Assembly (NCBI GenBank): GCA_050298595.1 | Contig: JBNKUM010000085.1 | Location: 1-64,000 of the forward strand | Origin: Gammaproteobacteria bacterium | GTDB lineage: Bacteria; Pseudomonadota; Gammaproteobacteria; GCA-001735895 | Direction of reading: 5' to 3' | DNA length: 64,000 nucleotides | Part shown: piece after piece, positions 20,615-30,638 of the stretch | Layout of the letters: every line of letters begins with the position of its first letter | Numbering within the stretch: the stretch's first letter is position 1 | Program-made: the position numbers and the translations under genes | The notes under the pieces: generated by a model | The model's input: the letters and a program-made list of their open reading frames with translations, nothing else | Databases searched by the model: none | What the model was told of the DNA's origin: nothing

Positions 20615-22375
20615 TTACATCCGCCACAACCCCGGGTTAACACCTCCTTTTCGATACTCCTTTCTATATGTACTGTAAAATCCTGCATTGCCCTGGTACA
20701 TGGAAAACCACGGCCTCACATGCCCCGGGAATGCAGCATTAACTTCAGAAGTAACGACTGTCGTATCGTCTTTTGCTACCACCGTAGCCACATGAAATCT
20801 TGTTAATTCTTTTCTAACTGTCTGCCTGTTATTCCACGGAGACAGCACATTCTCTGCAACCGCTCCAGCGCCTGTTCCTCTAGGTGAAATATAATAAGCT
20901 TCACCAGGACGAAGATCATTTGCAGGTGCCAGGCCAATACCAGGCCTGCTGGTTGAATAGGAATCAGGTGTACGACCAGTTTCTCTGATCAGCGCTCTTG
21001 CATATTGCCCGCAATCACCGCCCAAAGCTTTTAGTCGTGTGATACCCAGACCATCTGTCCATTGCTTTGAATAATCGGTAAAGCTTGAGTTTGTCTGGGT
21101 GAAACCAGAAGCAGGAACCAGATTTGGTGCCAGAGCTAATCCGTACAGTTTAGTTGCATCGCCCCTGCCGTATACGTACTTTCGTAATGATGAGTAACGC
21201 CTGTCTGGTATATTTAAAAGATTGCTAACTGGAGCAAATGGAATATGTGCCTGCGCCAGACGGTTAGGCCCCAATGATGATGAAAACTGATCTGTCTCTC
21301 CCTGTGCGAATACGCTAATGCTACCCGAAGGTATTCCAGGTACACCTCTTGACGGCATCATTAATTCATACGCTAACGAATGCGCTCTGGCGCAGGATAG
21401 TGGCCAATTAATATCGGGGCCACCATCTATACTCGCGTAGCCATCAACTCTGATATGCTCAGTCCCTCCGCTGAAGTGCCAGTTGTTTACAAAGTTTTCG
21501 ATGGCACCAATACTGCCCGCTGAAAGTACACTACTATTAATGCCAAAATTAATATCAAGACTATACCCAGCGGGTGATGAATTGGCGATGGAACATGCCA
21601 TGGGAGGCGCTGTAAGCGGATCATTTTCCAGCTCATGGGTTACCTTTCGTTGGATACCTGATTCATGTCCTTTCTGCTGCACGACATGAGTTAATTCATG
21701 GCCCAACAATCGCTTACCTTCACTGGAGTGAGGTTGATATTCGCCAGCAGCAAAAGCTATATTATTCCCCATCGTGAAAGCACGGGCATTTATGGAACGT
21801 GAAAGGTCTGCTGCCTGCCCTCCCTGATGCACTCTTACCTGACTAAAATCTCGCCCGAAGCGTGATTCGAAAAACTGACTCGTCACGGGGTCCAGTGGCT
21901 GACCTCCGCCTTTAAGGCTTTTTATACCTGTCTCATTTGCAGTGCTTATCTGCCTGCCCTGCCCATTATTTTGCATAGCCTGAACAGGCTCTTCTTCCTC
22001 TTCTGACTGTCGCTGTAACAGTTTTGCCTGTAATGGCTGCTCTTCTTCCTGTGGTTGTTGCTGTAGCGCAGGATCCTTTAATTCTGCCTCGCTTTCAGAT
22101 TGTTTTTGCAGCGCCAGACTGGCTCTCGACATACTGCCTTTACTGATTGGTGTAATGTCTGACACAGACTGATTGGAAAGCACCCGGTCAGCCACACTGT
22201 CGGCTTCCTGTTCGAAACGATCATTGGGCTCACCAGTCTTTATGCTGGGTTGAACAATCTGATGAATAGAGGCCTGCTGGGCACGTAAGTACGCAACCGG
22301 AACTGAACGGGCAGAGATATTTCTATGCAGTGATGAAGAACTAAATCTATTATCCTTTTTCGCAAAGGTTTTCAT
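20615..22375 (-). CDS. eCIS DUF4157 protein with an OmpA-like domain and a C-terminal papain/CHAP-like domain
   Basis: DUF4157 (FGRDFSQVRVH...LLGHELTHVVQQ), OmpA-like INFG..S..L...VDGYAS.DG...NWPLSCARA, and C-terminal DCGQYA...FHVATVV...SEVN. Confidence 0.82.
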   Translation of the reverse strand: MKTFAKKDNRFSSSSLHRNISARSVPVAYLRAQQASIHQIVQPSIKTGEPNDRFEQEADSVADRVLSNQSVSDITPISKGSMSRASLALQKQSESEAELKDPALQQQPQEEEQPLQAKLLQRQSEEEEEPVQAMQNNGQGRQISTANETGIKSLKGGGQPLDPVTSQFFESRFGRDFSQVRVHQGGQAADLSRSINARAFTMGNNIAFAAGEYQPHSSEGKRLLGHELTHVVQQKGHESGIQRKVTHELENDPLTAPPMACSIANSSPAGYSLDINFGINSSVLSAGSIGAIENFVNNWHFSGGTEHIRVDGYASIDGGPDINWPLSCARAHSLAYELMMPSRGVPGIPSGSISVFAQGETDQFSSSLGPNRLAQAHIPFAPVSNLLNIPDRRYSSLRKYVYGRGDATKLYGLALAPNLVPASGFTQTNSSFTDYSKQWTDGLGITRLKALGGDCGQYARALIRETGRTPDSYSTSRPGIGLAPANDLRPGEAYYISPRGTGAGAVAENVLSPWNNRQTVRKELTRFHVATVVAKDDTTVVTSEVNAAFPGHVRPWFSMYQGNAGFYSTYRKEYRKGGVNPGLWRM

Positions 22376-22411
22376 CTTTAGTCCATGAGTTTAGTCGACT
22401 GGAAATGCGGG

Positions 22412-24682
22412 TTATTCATAAACACAATGCAGGCTCCATGCGTTAAGACTACCGACATCTTTTGAATAAGTATCGACCACGCTTAAACGCCAGTTACCCT
22501 GAATTTCAGTATTTAACAACGACCTCATCGCTTCATTGGCCGTAGTGCTGTAGGTTTGCTTTATGTCATGCCGACTTTTACCACTGCGGTCGTGTAGAAC
22601 CGCCTCCACACCCGTTGGCGACTTCAAAACGACTCTTAGGTCACCTATCCATGTGTGAGAGATATCCACCTCTACATCCAACCTGAGTATACTTCCGCTT
22701 TCGTTTACCTGCAGCTCTCGGCTGATACCGTCTGGGTTTTTATCAGGGATCGGCAGTCCACTATCATCCGTCAAGGTAAACTCTTTTTTCACTGCCTTCT
22801 CTATCGAGAACTCGAGACTCCATTTAAGTAGCTTGCCGGTATCAACAGCCGCGTGATCGGATACCACTAGCTGCCATTCGCCCTGCACCTGATCACCTAA
22901 ATAAGCATTTAGTTCGGGTAAGGTCTGCAGGTTATAGGTAGTAGAAATATCATGTTGTGAACCACCTTTGCGATCATGCAGCACAACTGACTCTCCCTGA
23001 GGCGATGTTAGGATGAGGCGTAGATCACCGATGTAACTGTGCTGGATATCAACCTGAACCTTGAGTGCCTTGACCAAACCCTCATCTGCAATATTCAGCA
23101 CGCTCGATATGCCAGCAGGATTCATATCAGGAATAGCCTGATTAGGCGACACCTCGCGCCGGATCAATACAAAGTCATCTGCAGGGTCTCCTACTCCAAC
23201 AGCAGCCCAGGCGTTTTTCAGGCTGGCATACTCAGATCCGTTATCGCCATACAACTGTCTACAGGCGTTCAATATTGCGTAACGTGCCTGCATAAAGGTC
23301 CATCGACTATCGGTGCTGCTGTACAGATAATTCGTCATCGCCAGGTAGTAAATTTGCTCAACCTTCTCTCGTCCCAGCCCTTGTACACGAACCCCATGGT
23401 GACTACCCCCATCTACAGAAAGGTAGGCTGCCTTGTTTGGTATGCCACTGTTGGAATGCACGTAACCATTATCATTCTTGTTTGAATCGGGTTGTTCGTT
23501 GTCACCTAATGCCAGAAAGTCATCCATGTGGTCAGGTTGTCCATACAGAGCAGGATTGGACATATCCCGTAGCGCATCCCCCCCTCTGAAAGGCGTATAT
23601 ATGCCTTCACCTACTTCCCAATCTTCTATAGCACCGGAATTTGAGGCCATCACTCCAAAAAAATCAGCGAAGGATTCGTCCAGCGCTCCTGCCTGCTCAG
23701 CATAAATAAAACGAGCTGTGCGCGCAGTAACAGCATGTGTCAGCTCATGCCCAACCACGTCCAGTGCCAGTGACAATGGAGCAAAACGAAAGCCATCACC
23801 ATCTCCGTATACCATCTGTTTCAGATAATCTGTCCAGAAAGCATTGTTGTATTTTTCCTTATAATGCACAGTGGATACCAGATTAGCACCTTGGTCGTCA
23901 TAGCTATTGCGCCCAAAGGTATTCAGATAATAATCATGCACGATCAGAGCATTGTCGTGCGCAGCCTGAGCTACCGTGTCACTTGAGTTCTGATCATCCT
24001 GCAAGATCAGAGATGCCTTGAGATTATCTGTATTTTTCGCCGAATAGGTCAGACGTGAAGCAATGTCTTTCATGCGGCTGTGTTTCAACAAAAGACTTCC
24101 ATCATGGGCATCAATGATATGCAGACTGAAAGCCAACTCCAGCCTGCTAACCCACTCAACTTCCCATGCCAGATGAACCTTTCTGGATGAGTCTCGGTAC
24201 AGAATCAGGCGCGCTTTTTTCTCCAGTAGATCTTCCTTTGTTTTACCCGTATCGTGCAGCATAATGTCCAACGCCTGTTCTTCATCAACAAGAGGTTCAA
24301 GAGATACATCTACTGCATCAAGCCGATAATCCTTGTAGGCAACAATTTCCCCCTGAGGATTAATATGGACCTGAGTAGAGCCTTCATAAACAGGAATATC
24401 ATTTAATGATTGAGAAAAATACACATGACTATGTCCCTGTTTATCTATTTCATTGCTGACTATTTGCAAAGACTCTTTTAATCCATCCTGCAAATCCAGT
24501 AACTCGGGATTTTGCTGGAGAAAATCACGTGCGATAGTTTCCGATTTTTCAGATGTTTTCTGTGTTAGCTTTCCCTTGATGAATTTGGCACTTCCTGTTT
24601 CCTCATTCCAGAAAAAATCTACCGTCGAGTCCAGTTGACTCAACCTGTTTACGAGCTTTGACTGTTGATTATTCAGTTTCAT
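22412..24682 (-). CDS. M4 (thermolysin-like) metalloprotease with FTP/PepSY propeptide and two P-proprotein domains
   Basis: NNAFW, VVGHELTH, GALDESFAD and VHSNSG motifs, plus two 'V.VDI.H..IGDLR..L.SP.G' P-domains. Confidence 0.92.
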   Translation of the reverse strand: MKLNNQQSKLVNRLSQLDSTVDFFWNEETGSAKFIKGKLTQKTSEKSETIARDFLQQNPELLDLQDGLKESLQIVSNEIDKQGHSHVYFSQSLNDIPVYEGSTQVHINPQGEIVAYKDYRLDAVDVSLEPLVDEEQALDIMLHDTGKTKEDLLEKKARLILYRDSSRKVHLAWEVEWVSRLELAFSLHIIDAHDGSLLLKHSRMKDIASRLTYSAKNTDNLKASLILQDDQNSSDTVAQAAHDNALIVHDYYLNTFGRNSYDDQGANLVSTVHYKEKYNNAFWTDYLKQMVYGDGDGFRFAPLSLALDVVGHELTHAVTARTARFIYAEQAGALDESFADFFGVMASNSGAIEDWEVGEGIYTPFRGGDALRDMSNPALYGQPDHMDDFLALGDNEQPDSNKNDNGYVHSNSGIPNKAAYLSVDGGSHHGVRVQGLGREKVEQIYYLAMTNYLYSSTDSRWTFMQARYAILNACRQLYGDNGSEYASLKNAWAAVGVGDPADDFVLIRREVSPNQAIPDMNPAGISSVLNIADEGLVKALKVQVDIQHSYIGDLRLILTSPQGESVVLHDRKGGSQHDISTTYNLQTLPELNAYLGDQVQGEWQLVVSDHAAVDTGKLLKWSLEFSIEKAVKKEFTLTDDSGLPIPDKNPDGISRELQVNESGSILRLDVEVDISHTWIGDLRVVLKSPTGVEAVLHDRSGKSRHDIKQTYSTTANEAMRSLLNTEIQGNWRLSVVDTYSKDVGSLNAWSLHCVYE

Positions 24683-24709
24683 TGAATGTCCCTCCCCTGT
24701 GCTGGCAAA

Positions 24710-27700
24710 TCAAATAACCTGCATGAAATTGAAAGTACCCCGTGGCAGATAAGCGTTAAAAAACTGTTCTATCCTGAAATTAATCGGATTAAATTGACTT
24801 AATGACTGGTTATTGATAATCATACCCCTATAACCATAAGCATAGGCCAGGACAGTACTTGACTCACGCTGATTAAACATAAAATGATTACCTTCCAGGT
24901 TACAGAATTTTGCAATAAAACTATTTTCCTCCTGGTAAAAAACATTATCCTTGACGCTCATCGATTCGTAAGCCTGAATAGTTAATGCAGAGTCAAAAGT
25001 ACCACTCAATATTTTCTCGATTTCATCCAGCGTAGCCTGAGTCACCATGCTTAACACGGCCACAACATTATTGCCCGTGATATTAATCTGATTCTCAGCT
25101 GGCCAGTTAAAGTCAATGGTGCTCTGAGAAAAATTATCCTTGTTCTTGAGTCGTTCCGGTTCAGAATTTGATTGCCAGCTCAAACTTACGGCTTTTTCCT
25201 GCTCATAGTGCAACACTAAGTACCCCGAAATATCATTATCCTTAATCCATCCACCCACCTGATTAGATTGCAGTGCAAGTGCATAATCGGGTTTATAACT
25301 CAGCAGAGTTATTTCCTTGATCGCTTCTAGAATTTCTGCTTTGTTCTGCGTTGTAGTTGTATTGAACAAATCATAGAATTTAGTAACTGTCTCCTTCGGA
25401 GAAGAGGTGGATACAGGAGCTGTACGCAACAGCCCGCCGGCCAATGCAGGTGTACTGCCTGATAGCAGGGCAGGTGTACGGCCTCGAACTTCTGGCAGGC
25501 TATTAATATCTTTCACTGGCCTTTTTTCGAACCACTCAGTACGTGATTGCGCATCCATTGTTATAATTTTGTCTGCAACCATCTCTGCCTGGGAATTGTA
25601 TGCGGCTGAATCAGCCATAGCATTCATCGCTAACAGGGTATTGAATTCAACCAGTACATCTTTACCTGTTACACCGAGATCTTCTTCCTTAGGTAATATG
25701 CCTATTTTCTGTTCGATCTCGCGCGTAGCTAACATACGATTATTGTTCCACTGCAGTTCAAATTTATTACCCACAGTTACTACAGGTCGCCAAACTTCAT
25801 CTACGCCGAAGTAGATACGCTTGAAAACGCAGTTTTCCACCACAGTTTTCCCGTCGCTAAGCGTGGATAAATTAAAATATCCAGTTCCTATACTGCTTTT
25901 TTCATCATCCACAACAGAAAACTGTATCCCTGTGATATTGATCAAAGTGGATTGGATATCAAACATTCCCATCAAAGATACTCTTGCCGCCCCGTGACCA
26001 TCTAGAGTAAAACTATCAGCATTGGCGACTTTGATTTCGTTGAAAACATGATCACCAGGTAAAAGACATATACTGATTTGACTGCCGGGTTTGTCTTCAA
26101 AAATCTTAAGCGCTTCTTCCAGGGTAGGAAAAGTACCACCATCACCCACCGAGATGGCGCATCCACCACCGCCCACCACCTTGCACAACTGGTTAATCGC
26201 ATCCTGAATGGTATCGACCCTGTTCACACCAGTGGCTGACTTCAATTTTGTGCAGAGACTATTACGGTCTACAGGTATATCCGTTGCATCTAATTCGGAC
26301 ACCAGGTCGTCAATCGCCTGCTGAACTGTATCAGGTCGATCACCGCCTTCGTTAATATCGTCCCAGCGACTACCGTGAACTGTGGGATCGTAAGGCAGAT
26401 GTTGTGCTTCCAGTTTGCATAACAGGGTATCTAGAATATCTTTAACAGTGACTTGACCATCAGAGTTGAAGTCCAGATTAACCAGTAGAGACCCTACCGT
26501 ATGCGTATCACAGCCTGGATCATCATACGGAATATGATCGGCTTTCAGTTTGCATAACAGGGTATCTAGAACATCTTTAACAGTGAGTAGTCCATCAGAG
26601 TTGAAATCCAGATTAGCCAGTAGAGATTTTACCGTATGTGTATCACAGCCTGGATCATCATAAGGAATATGATCAGCTTTCATTTCGCATAACAGTGCAT
26701 CCAGTACCTGCTTAACCGTGTAGTAATCGTCACTACCCAAACGCGAGTCATCCGGCCCCAATAGTAAATGATGCACGCTAGCCTCAACAGTATCCGGTTG
26801 ACACTGCGGCGCATAGGCGACCTGGTCAGCAGAGATCAGGTTAGCGTAGAAATATACCGGTGGTAGCAGATCCTTGCTAGCATCAGATGGGTTATCAGGA
26901 TCAACCAGTGTTGCTTTAACACAGTAGGTGTCAGTTATCACAGCATCGGGAGTCCATTCGCATTCGGCTATACCCTGTGCATCGGTTAGTCCAGCACTGA
27001 CAACATTTAGTGAACCACCACCCTCTTCGATCACAAAACGCACTGTGGCTCCTATCACGGGCCATTCACCATTCGCTACGCCTACTCGTAATGGCTGTGG
27101 CAATGATTCTCCGGGTACGATTTCCTGCCCGTCACCTCCCGCCATAAAAAGACGAGTCATTTGAGTTAATGGGGGAAAGGCATACTTGCGATCAATTTCA
27201 GGGTTTTCCTGCAATACACCAGCAGTAACACTGGCTAATGTCAGGTAATAATGCGGTATGCCCTGAGGTGGTTGATTGATTAATAATTTACTGCCTTCAC
27301 TATGCACGGCTTCACGTACATCGGCCAGCCAGAAGTCACCGGCGACAAATGATTTACTATTGATATCTAGTTTAATACTGAGTGAATTCAGTACCATCTG
27401 CAGTGTAGAACCAATGCTTATGCTTACATAGCCCAGGCTATCAACGGCCTTACCCGTATCCAGTTCCACGCCTCGATCCATACCCTCCAGCAGCACCCCC
27501 GAGCTTAAATCGATTTTACAATAGCCATCCCAGCGTCTAACTAGAGTAGTAGATTCAGTCGAACCTGGAATAGTTGGTACCGCATAGCCTCCGGCTATTT
27601 CATTGAAGACGACTAACCCCACACGAGAGGGTTGCCAGGAGGTATTATTCAGGTGTACCCCGACATGTCGCTCTGTGGTTTCGTCAAAAAACTCATACAC

Positions 27701-28486
27701 CCACTTGTCACTGATAAAGCCTGCGGGCATGGCGTCTTCAGTTGCCAATGCCTCGAACTGTTCAGCGCCATTCTCGCTGGACCATTTCAGAGTGATCCCT
27801 GTTGGATTATTGGCATCGCCCTGTACATCATGCACTTCAACGCGGAATAAATAATTACCTACTCGGCTATCTATATCCAGCTCTGCAGCACAGGGGTCGC
27901 AGGTATCTGGGTCAGTGGTTTTCTGTAACAGGGTCAGAGTCAAACCAGCATCTCCTTTCGCCGGATTGAGTGCAGACTGTTCAGGATCTATGCTATCTGG
28001 ACACCATTTAACCTGAGCCAGCATCTGCTTGCGCGTGCAGGTATCCGCACCATGCAGGCCAGCATCAAGTAAACGTTGATCCATCAAATGGGTAATACTT
28101 CTCTCCCACATATCAGCGTAGACAAGATAATTATCAGTAGGTGAAGGAGGATGGGGAAAATCAGTTTGTTCATCGAAATTGAGAGGATCAGATTCCGGCA
28201 GACTGGCCGCCATACCATCGATGTAAATGTGCCCCGGCTGAATCTTGATGCCACTATCATCAATGATGCTCAAGGCTCGATGCCTTGGCGTACCACCAAC
28301 ACTGCCCTGCTCGCTGCCAACAATATCTCTGAGTGCTTCGTTAAGTCGAGACTTTAGTATCTCGACCAGCTCATTCCAGTCGGCATCGGTAAGCATACGC
28401 CCCTGTTGCTGGTAGACTCCGGAGTAGCGTTTTTCGCTCTGATAGCTGTCCCTGGAAATTTCGCTTTTCATGTTATTCCTCCTCAC
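24710..28486 (-). CDS. DUF6519-family eCIS fibre-like protein (start probably MKSEISR at 28471)
   Basis: N-terminal YSGVYQQQGRMLTDADWNE, NYLFRVEVH and LKWSSENG motifs, an Ig-like GGDGQE...PLRVGV segment, and tandem repeats. Confidence 0.78.
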   Translation of the reverse strand: MRRNNMKSEISRDSYQSEKRYSGVYQQQGRMLTDADWNELVEILKSRLNEALRDIVGSEQGSVGGTPRHRALSIIDDSGIKIQPGHIYIDGMAASLPESDPLNFDEQTDFPHPPSPTDNYLVYADMWERSITHLMDQRLLDAGLHGADTCTRKQMLAQVKWCPDSIDPEQSALNPAKGDAGLTLTLLQKTTDPDTCDPCAAELDIDSRVGNYLFRVEVHDVQGDANNPTGITLKWSSENGAEQFEALATEDAMPAGFISDKWVYEFFDETTERHVGVHLNNTSWQPSRVGLVVFNEIAGGYAVPTIPGSTESTTLVRRWDGYCKIDLSSGVLLEGMDRGVELDTGKAVDSLGYVSISIGSTLQMVLNSLSIKLDINSKSFVAGDFWLADVREAVHSEGSKLLINQPPQGIPHYYLTLASVTAGVLQENPEIDRKYAFPPLTQMTRLFMAGGDGQEIVPGESLPQPLRVGVANGEWPVIGATVRFVIEEGGGSLNVVSAGLTDAQGIAECEWTPDAVITDTYCVKATLVDPDNPSDASKDLLPPVYFYANLISADQVAYAPQCQPDTVEASVHHLLLGPDDSRLGSDDYYTVKQVLDALLCEMKADHIPYDDPGCDTHTVKSLLANLDFNSDGLLTVKDVLDTLLCKLKADHIPYDDPGCDTHTVGSLLVNLDFNSDGQVTVKDILDTLLCKLEAQHLPYDPTVHGSRWDDINEGGDRPDTVQQAIDDLVSELDATDIPVDRNSLCTKLKSATGVNRVDTIQDAINQLCKVVGGGGCAISVGDGGTFPTLEEALKIFEDKPGSQISICLLPGDHVFNEIKVANADSFTLDGHGAARVSLMGMFDIQSTLINITGIQFSVVDDEKSSIGTGYFNLSTLSDGKTVVENCVFKRIYFGVDEVWRPVVTVGNKFELQWNNNRMLATREIEQKIGILPKEEDLGVTGKDVLVEFNTLLAMNAMADSAAYNSQAEMVADKIITMDAQSRTEWFEKRPVKDINSLPEVRGRTPALLSGSTPALAGGLLRTAPVSTSSPKETVTKFYDLFNTTTTQNKAEILEAIKEITLLSYKPDYALALQSNQVGGWIKDNDISGYLVLHYEQEKAVSLSWQSNSEPERLKNKDNFSQSTIDFNWPAENQINITGNNVVAVLSMVTQATLDEIEKILSGTFDSALTIQAYESMSVKDNVFYQEENSFIAKFCNLEGNHFMFNQRESSTVLAYAYGYRGMIINNQSLSQFNPINFRIEQFFNAYLPRGTFNFMQVI
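26408..26677 (-). repeat. 135-bp (45-aa) tandem duplication inside the DUF6519 protein
   Basis: TATCACAGCCTGGATCATCAT occurs at 26506 and 26641. The unit is ADHIPYDDPGCDTHTVxSLLxNLDFNSDGxxTVKDxLDTLLCKL. Confidence 0.9.
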
Positions 28487-30638
28487 TGATATTCTTGATT
28501 TCCGGCGGTAAATTAAGCAGGCGCCGATCCTGTATCAGCACCGGATCAATACCGACGGGTAAAAATTCCTGGATCTTTTCCAGCACAGCTTCGATCTTGA
28601 GGCTGTAGTATTGATGATGATGTGCACCCATTTCGGCACCATCCTCAGCACCAAAACGAATGGCATCAGGTGTTGCCCGATCAAGCACTGCGTAACCTGC
28701 TTCGCCGAAACTGGCGACACGTCTTTCATGAGAAGTACCCGTACAATAATCGTAGCGAATGAACACGGGCATTTGAGTGGTATTGGTGCAGGTGTAACCA
28801 TTAAAAACATTCAATGTACTGCCATTTAAAGTGGCTGGAATACGAGAGTAACGAATACAGCCGACTTCAGGCTCAGCACCGTCAGCATCTGTTATGCTAC
28901 CGACAAAAACACAATCACTGGCCTGTAATCTCAGGCAGTTGGCAGCCTGCATCACCGTGCAATATTCAAGTCGGGCGAGACCATTGGCGAGTGTAATCTC
29001 TTCAAATACACAATCGATGGCATCCAGTGCGGGAACATCATGACCTTTCGTATCTGTCGATAATCCGGCATCAAGCGTCAGGCTGGCAAAAGCACAGCGA
29101 AGCAATTTAACGTGTCCACTGGCGACTAATACCTCACCATCAAAGATCACATCCCGCAATGTGTAAGCTGCATTGCCAGGAAGAAGTAATGCATCAGCCG
29201 CTACAAAGTCCCCGCTGATACGTACCGCTCGGCCCACTCGACCATGATGGTAATAACCCATCTCTGCTGATTCGCTGGAACCCTGGTAGATACTTGCCGG
29301 TGTATCTGGAGTCAGTACTGAACGGGCATTCAACTCGGTTTGATTATCGAAAAAGGCCGGCTCATCAGTAGTTGAATCCTCGATATACATTTTACTGGCA
29401 CTTAATGAGGCTGCAGTTGGGTAACAGCTATTTTCAAGCACTCCAGATATTTCTATGCCAACCATTTCAGTCAGGATAGAGTCCTTCGCAATAATGGCAG
29501 TGAGGAATGCAGTATCTCGCACGGTGCAACTTTCCAGTTGTACCAGCCCGGCAACCGAAAGCTCACCGATCAGGCAATCGCTGGCATATAGCGATGCTTC
29601 TTCGCTGATCGGGGTCGCCACATCCACACGGCCTGCTTCCACCTGTGAAAGCTTTAACTTTCCGCCACTGGCAACCTTGAGTTCACCATTGAAATTTAAC
29701 CCTTCTATGCTGTAGGACTTTGCATCCAGACTGACATCATCGCTGATGATCACAATACGTTCGCTTTGGTTACGAATAACAGTGACACCATTTTCCAGGG
29801 TTTCCTGTATCAGGTGCTCATACAGGGTTTCCTCGCGCTGCGCCCAGGTAATGCTGATGGCATCAAAGGGTATCAACCCTTGCGGAGGTGCGACATACGC
29901 CAGTAATCGTTTGTGATGATAATGGCCGTGATTAACGCTGGCGCTACGAATATCTACGCTACGGCGCGAAACATCATCATAGCTCCCCGGAAAACAGGGG
30001 GCACCATGTCGATTGAGTTGACGCCAGTTGAGTTTTAGACCCGCAAACTCAGACAATTTTGCCGCTGGATTAGTCGCTAAGGCTTCCACGGCTCGTGATG
30101 GTCGACGCAGGTCTACTGTGGCTGCAGGCAATGAAGGATGCTGCGCTACACGCGAAGCAAACCGGTCATCAATATCCAGAGTGTTATCTACCACAGAAAC
30201 CGGCATTAATGGCATACCGATGCGTGGTGTCATAACTACCCGCTTCCAGCCTTCCTGCAATTCGGCTTCCATCTGCCCAACCGCTTCAGCAATCTGTTCC
30301 GCAACCTTAAGCGTTCCCTTACGTTGACGCCATGAAATCGCCTGATCCACCTCGGCATATTTACCTGCTGCATCCGGCGATACAATATTCACTGCCAGCA
30401 GTTGTGCAAAATAGGGTAATAACCAGTCCTGACTGCTAGCGGGCAAGGTATCTTTTAACTGTTGTTGCAGCGTGCTATGAATCAGGTCTAGTAACTCTCC
30501 ATGTGCATCCAGATAGCGCGCCAGGTCCTGATTGCGGTTGCCCCCACTGTCAGGGTCATAGCTATCACGAGTACGGTAAACCTCCGGTAGTAAGCCGTAT
30601 AGTTGCTCACCCAGCCTGGAGTCGAATTGATAACTCAT
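28473..30638 (-). CDS. eCIS baseplate wedge / phage tail protein I-like protein with a beta-helical C-terminus
   Basis: LYGLLPEVYRTRD...WLLPYFAQLL...WRQRKGT N-terminus, EMG repeats and a C-terminal EFLPVG. Located in the baseplate block. Confidence 0.7.
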   Translation of the reverse strand: MSYQFDSRLGEQLYGLLPEVYRTRDSYDPDSGGNRNQDLARYLDAHGELLDLIHSTLQQQLKDTLPASSQDWLLPYFAQLLAVNIVSPDAAGKYAEVDQAISWRQRKGTLKVAEQIAEAVGQMEAELQEGWKRVVMTPRIGMPLMPVSVVDNTLDIDDRFASRVAQHPSLPAATVDLRRPSRAVEALATNPAAKLSEFAGLKLNWRQLNRHGAPCFPGSYDDVSRRSVDIRSASVNHGHYHHKRLLAYVAPPQGLIPFDAISITWAQREETLYEHLIQETLENGVTVIRNQSERIVIISDDVSLDAKSYSIEGLNFNGELKVASGGKLKLSQVEAGRVDVATPISEEASLYASDCLIGELSVAGLVQLESCTVRDTAFLTAIIAKDSILTEMVGIEISGVLENSCYPTAASLSASKMYIEDSTTDEPAFFDNQTELNARSVLTPDTPASIYQGSSESAEMGYYHHGRVGRAVRISGDFVAADALLLPGNAAYTLRDVIFDGEVLVASGHVKLLRCAFASLTLDAGLSTDTKGHDVPALDAIDCVFEEITLANGLARLEYCTVMQAANCLRLQASDCVFVGSITDADGAEPEVGCIRYSRIPATLNGSTLNVFNGYTCTNTTQMPVFIRYDYCTGTSHERRVASFGEAGYAVLDRATPDAIRFGAEDGAEMGAHHHQYYSLKIEAVLEKIQEFLPVGIDPVLIQDRRLLNLPPEIKNISEEE

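Noticed and set aside
19960-26677. CRISPR array or DGR template/variable repeats suggested by repeated DNA
   Set aside because: The repeats are in-frame coding repeats without unique spacers, and no cas or reverse transcriptase gene is present.
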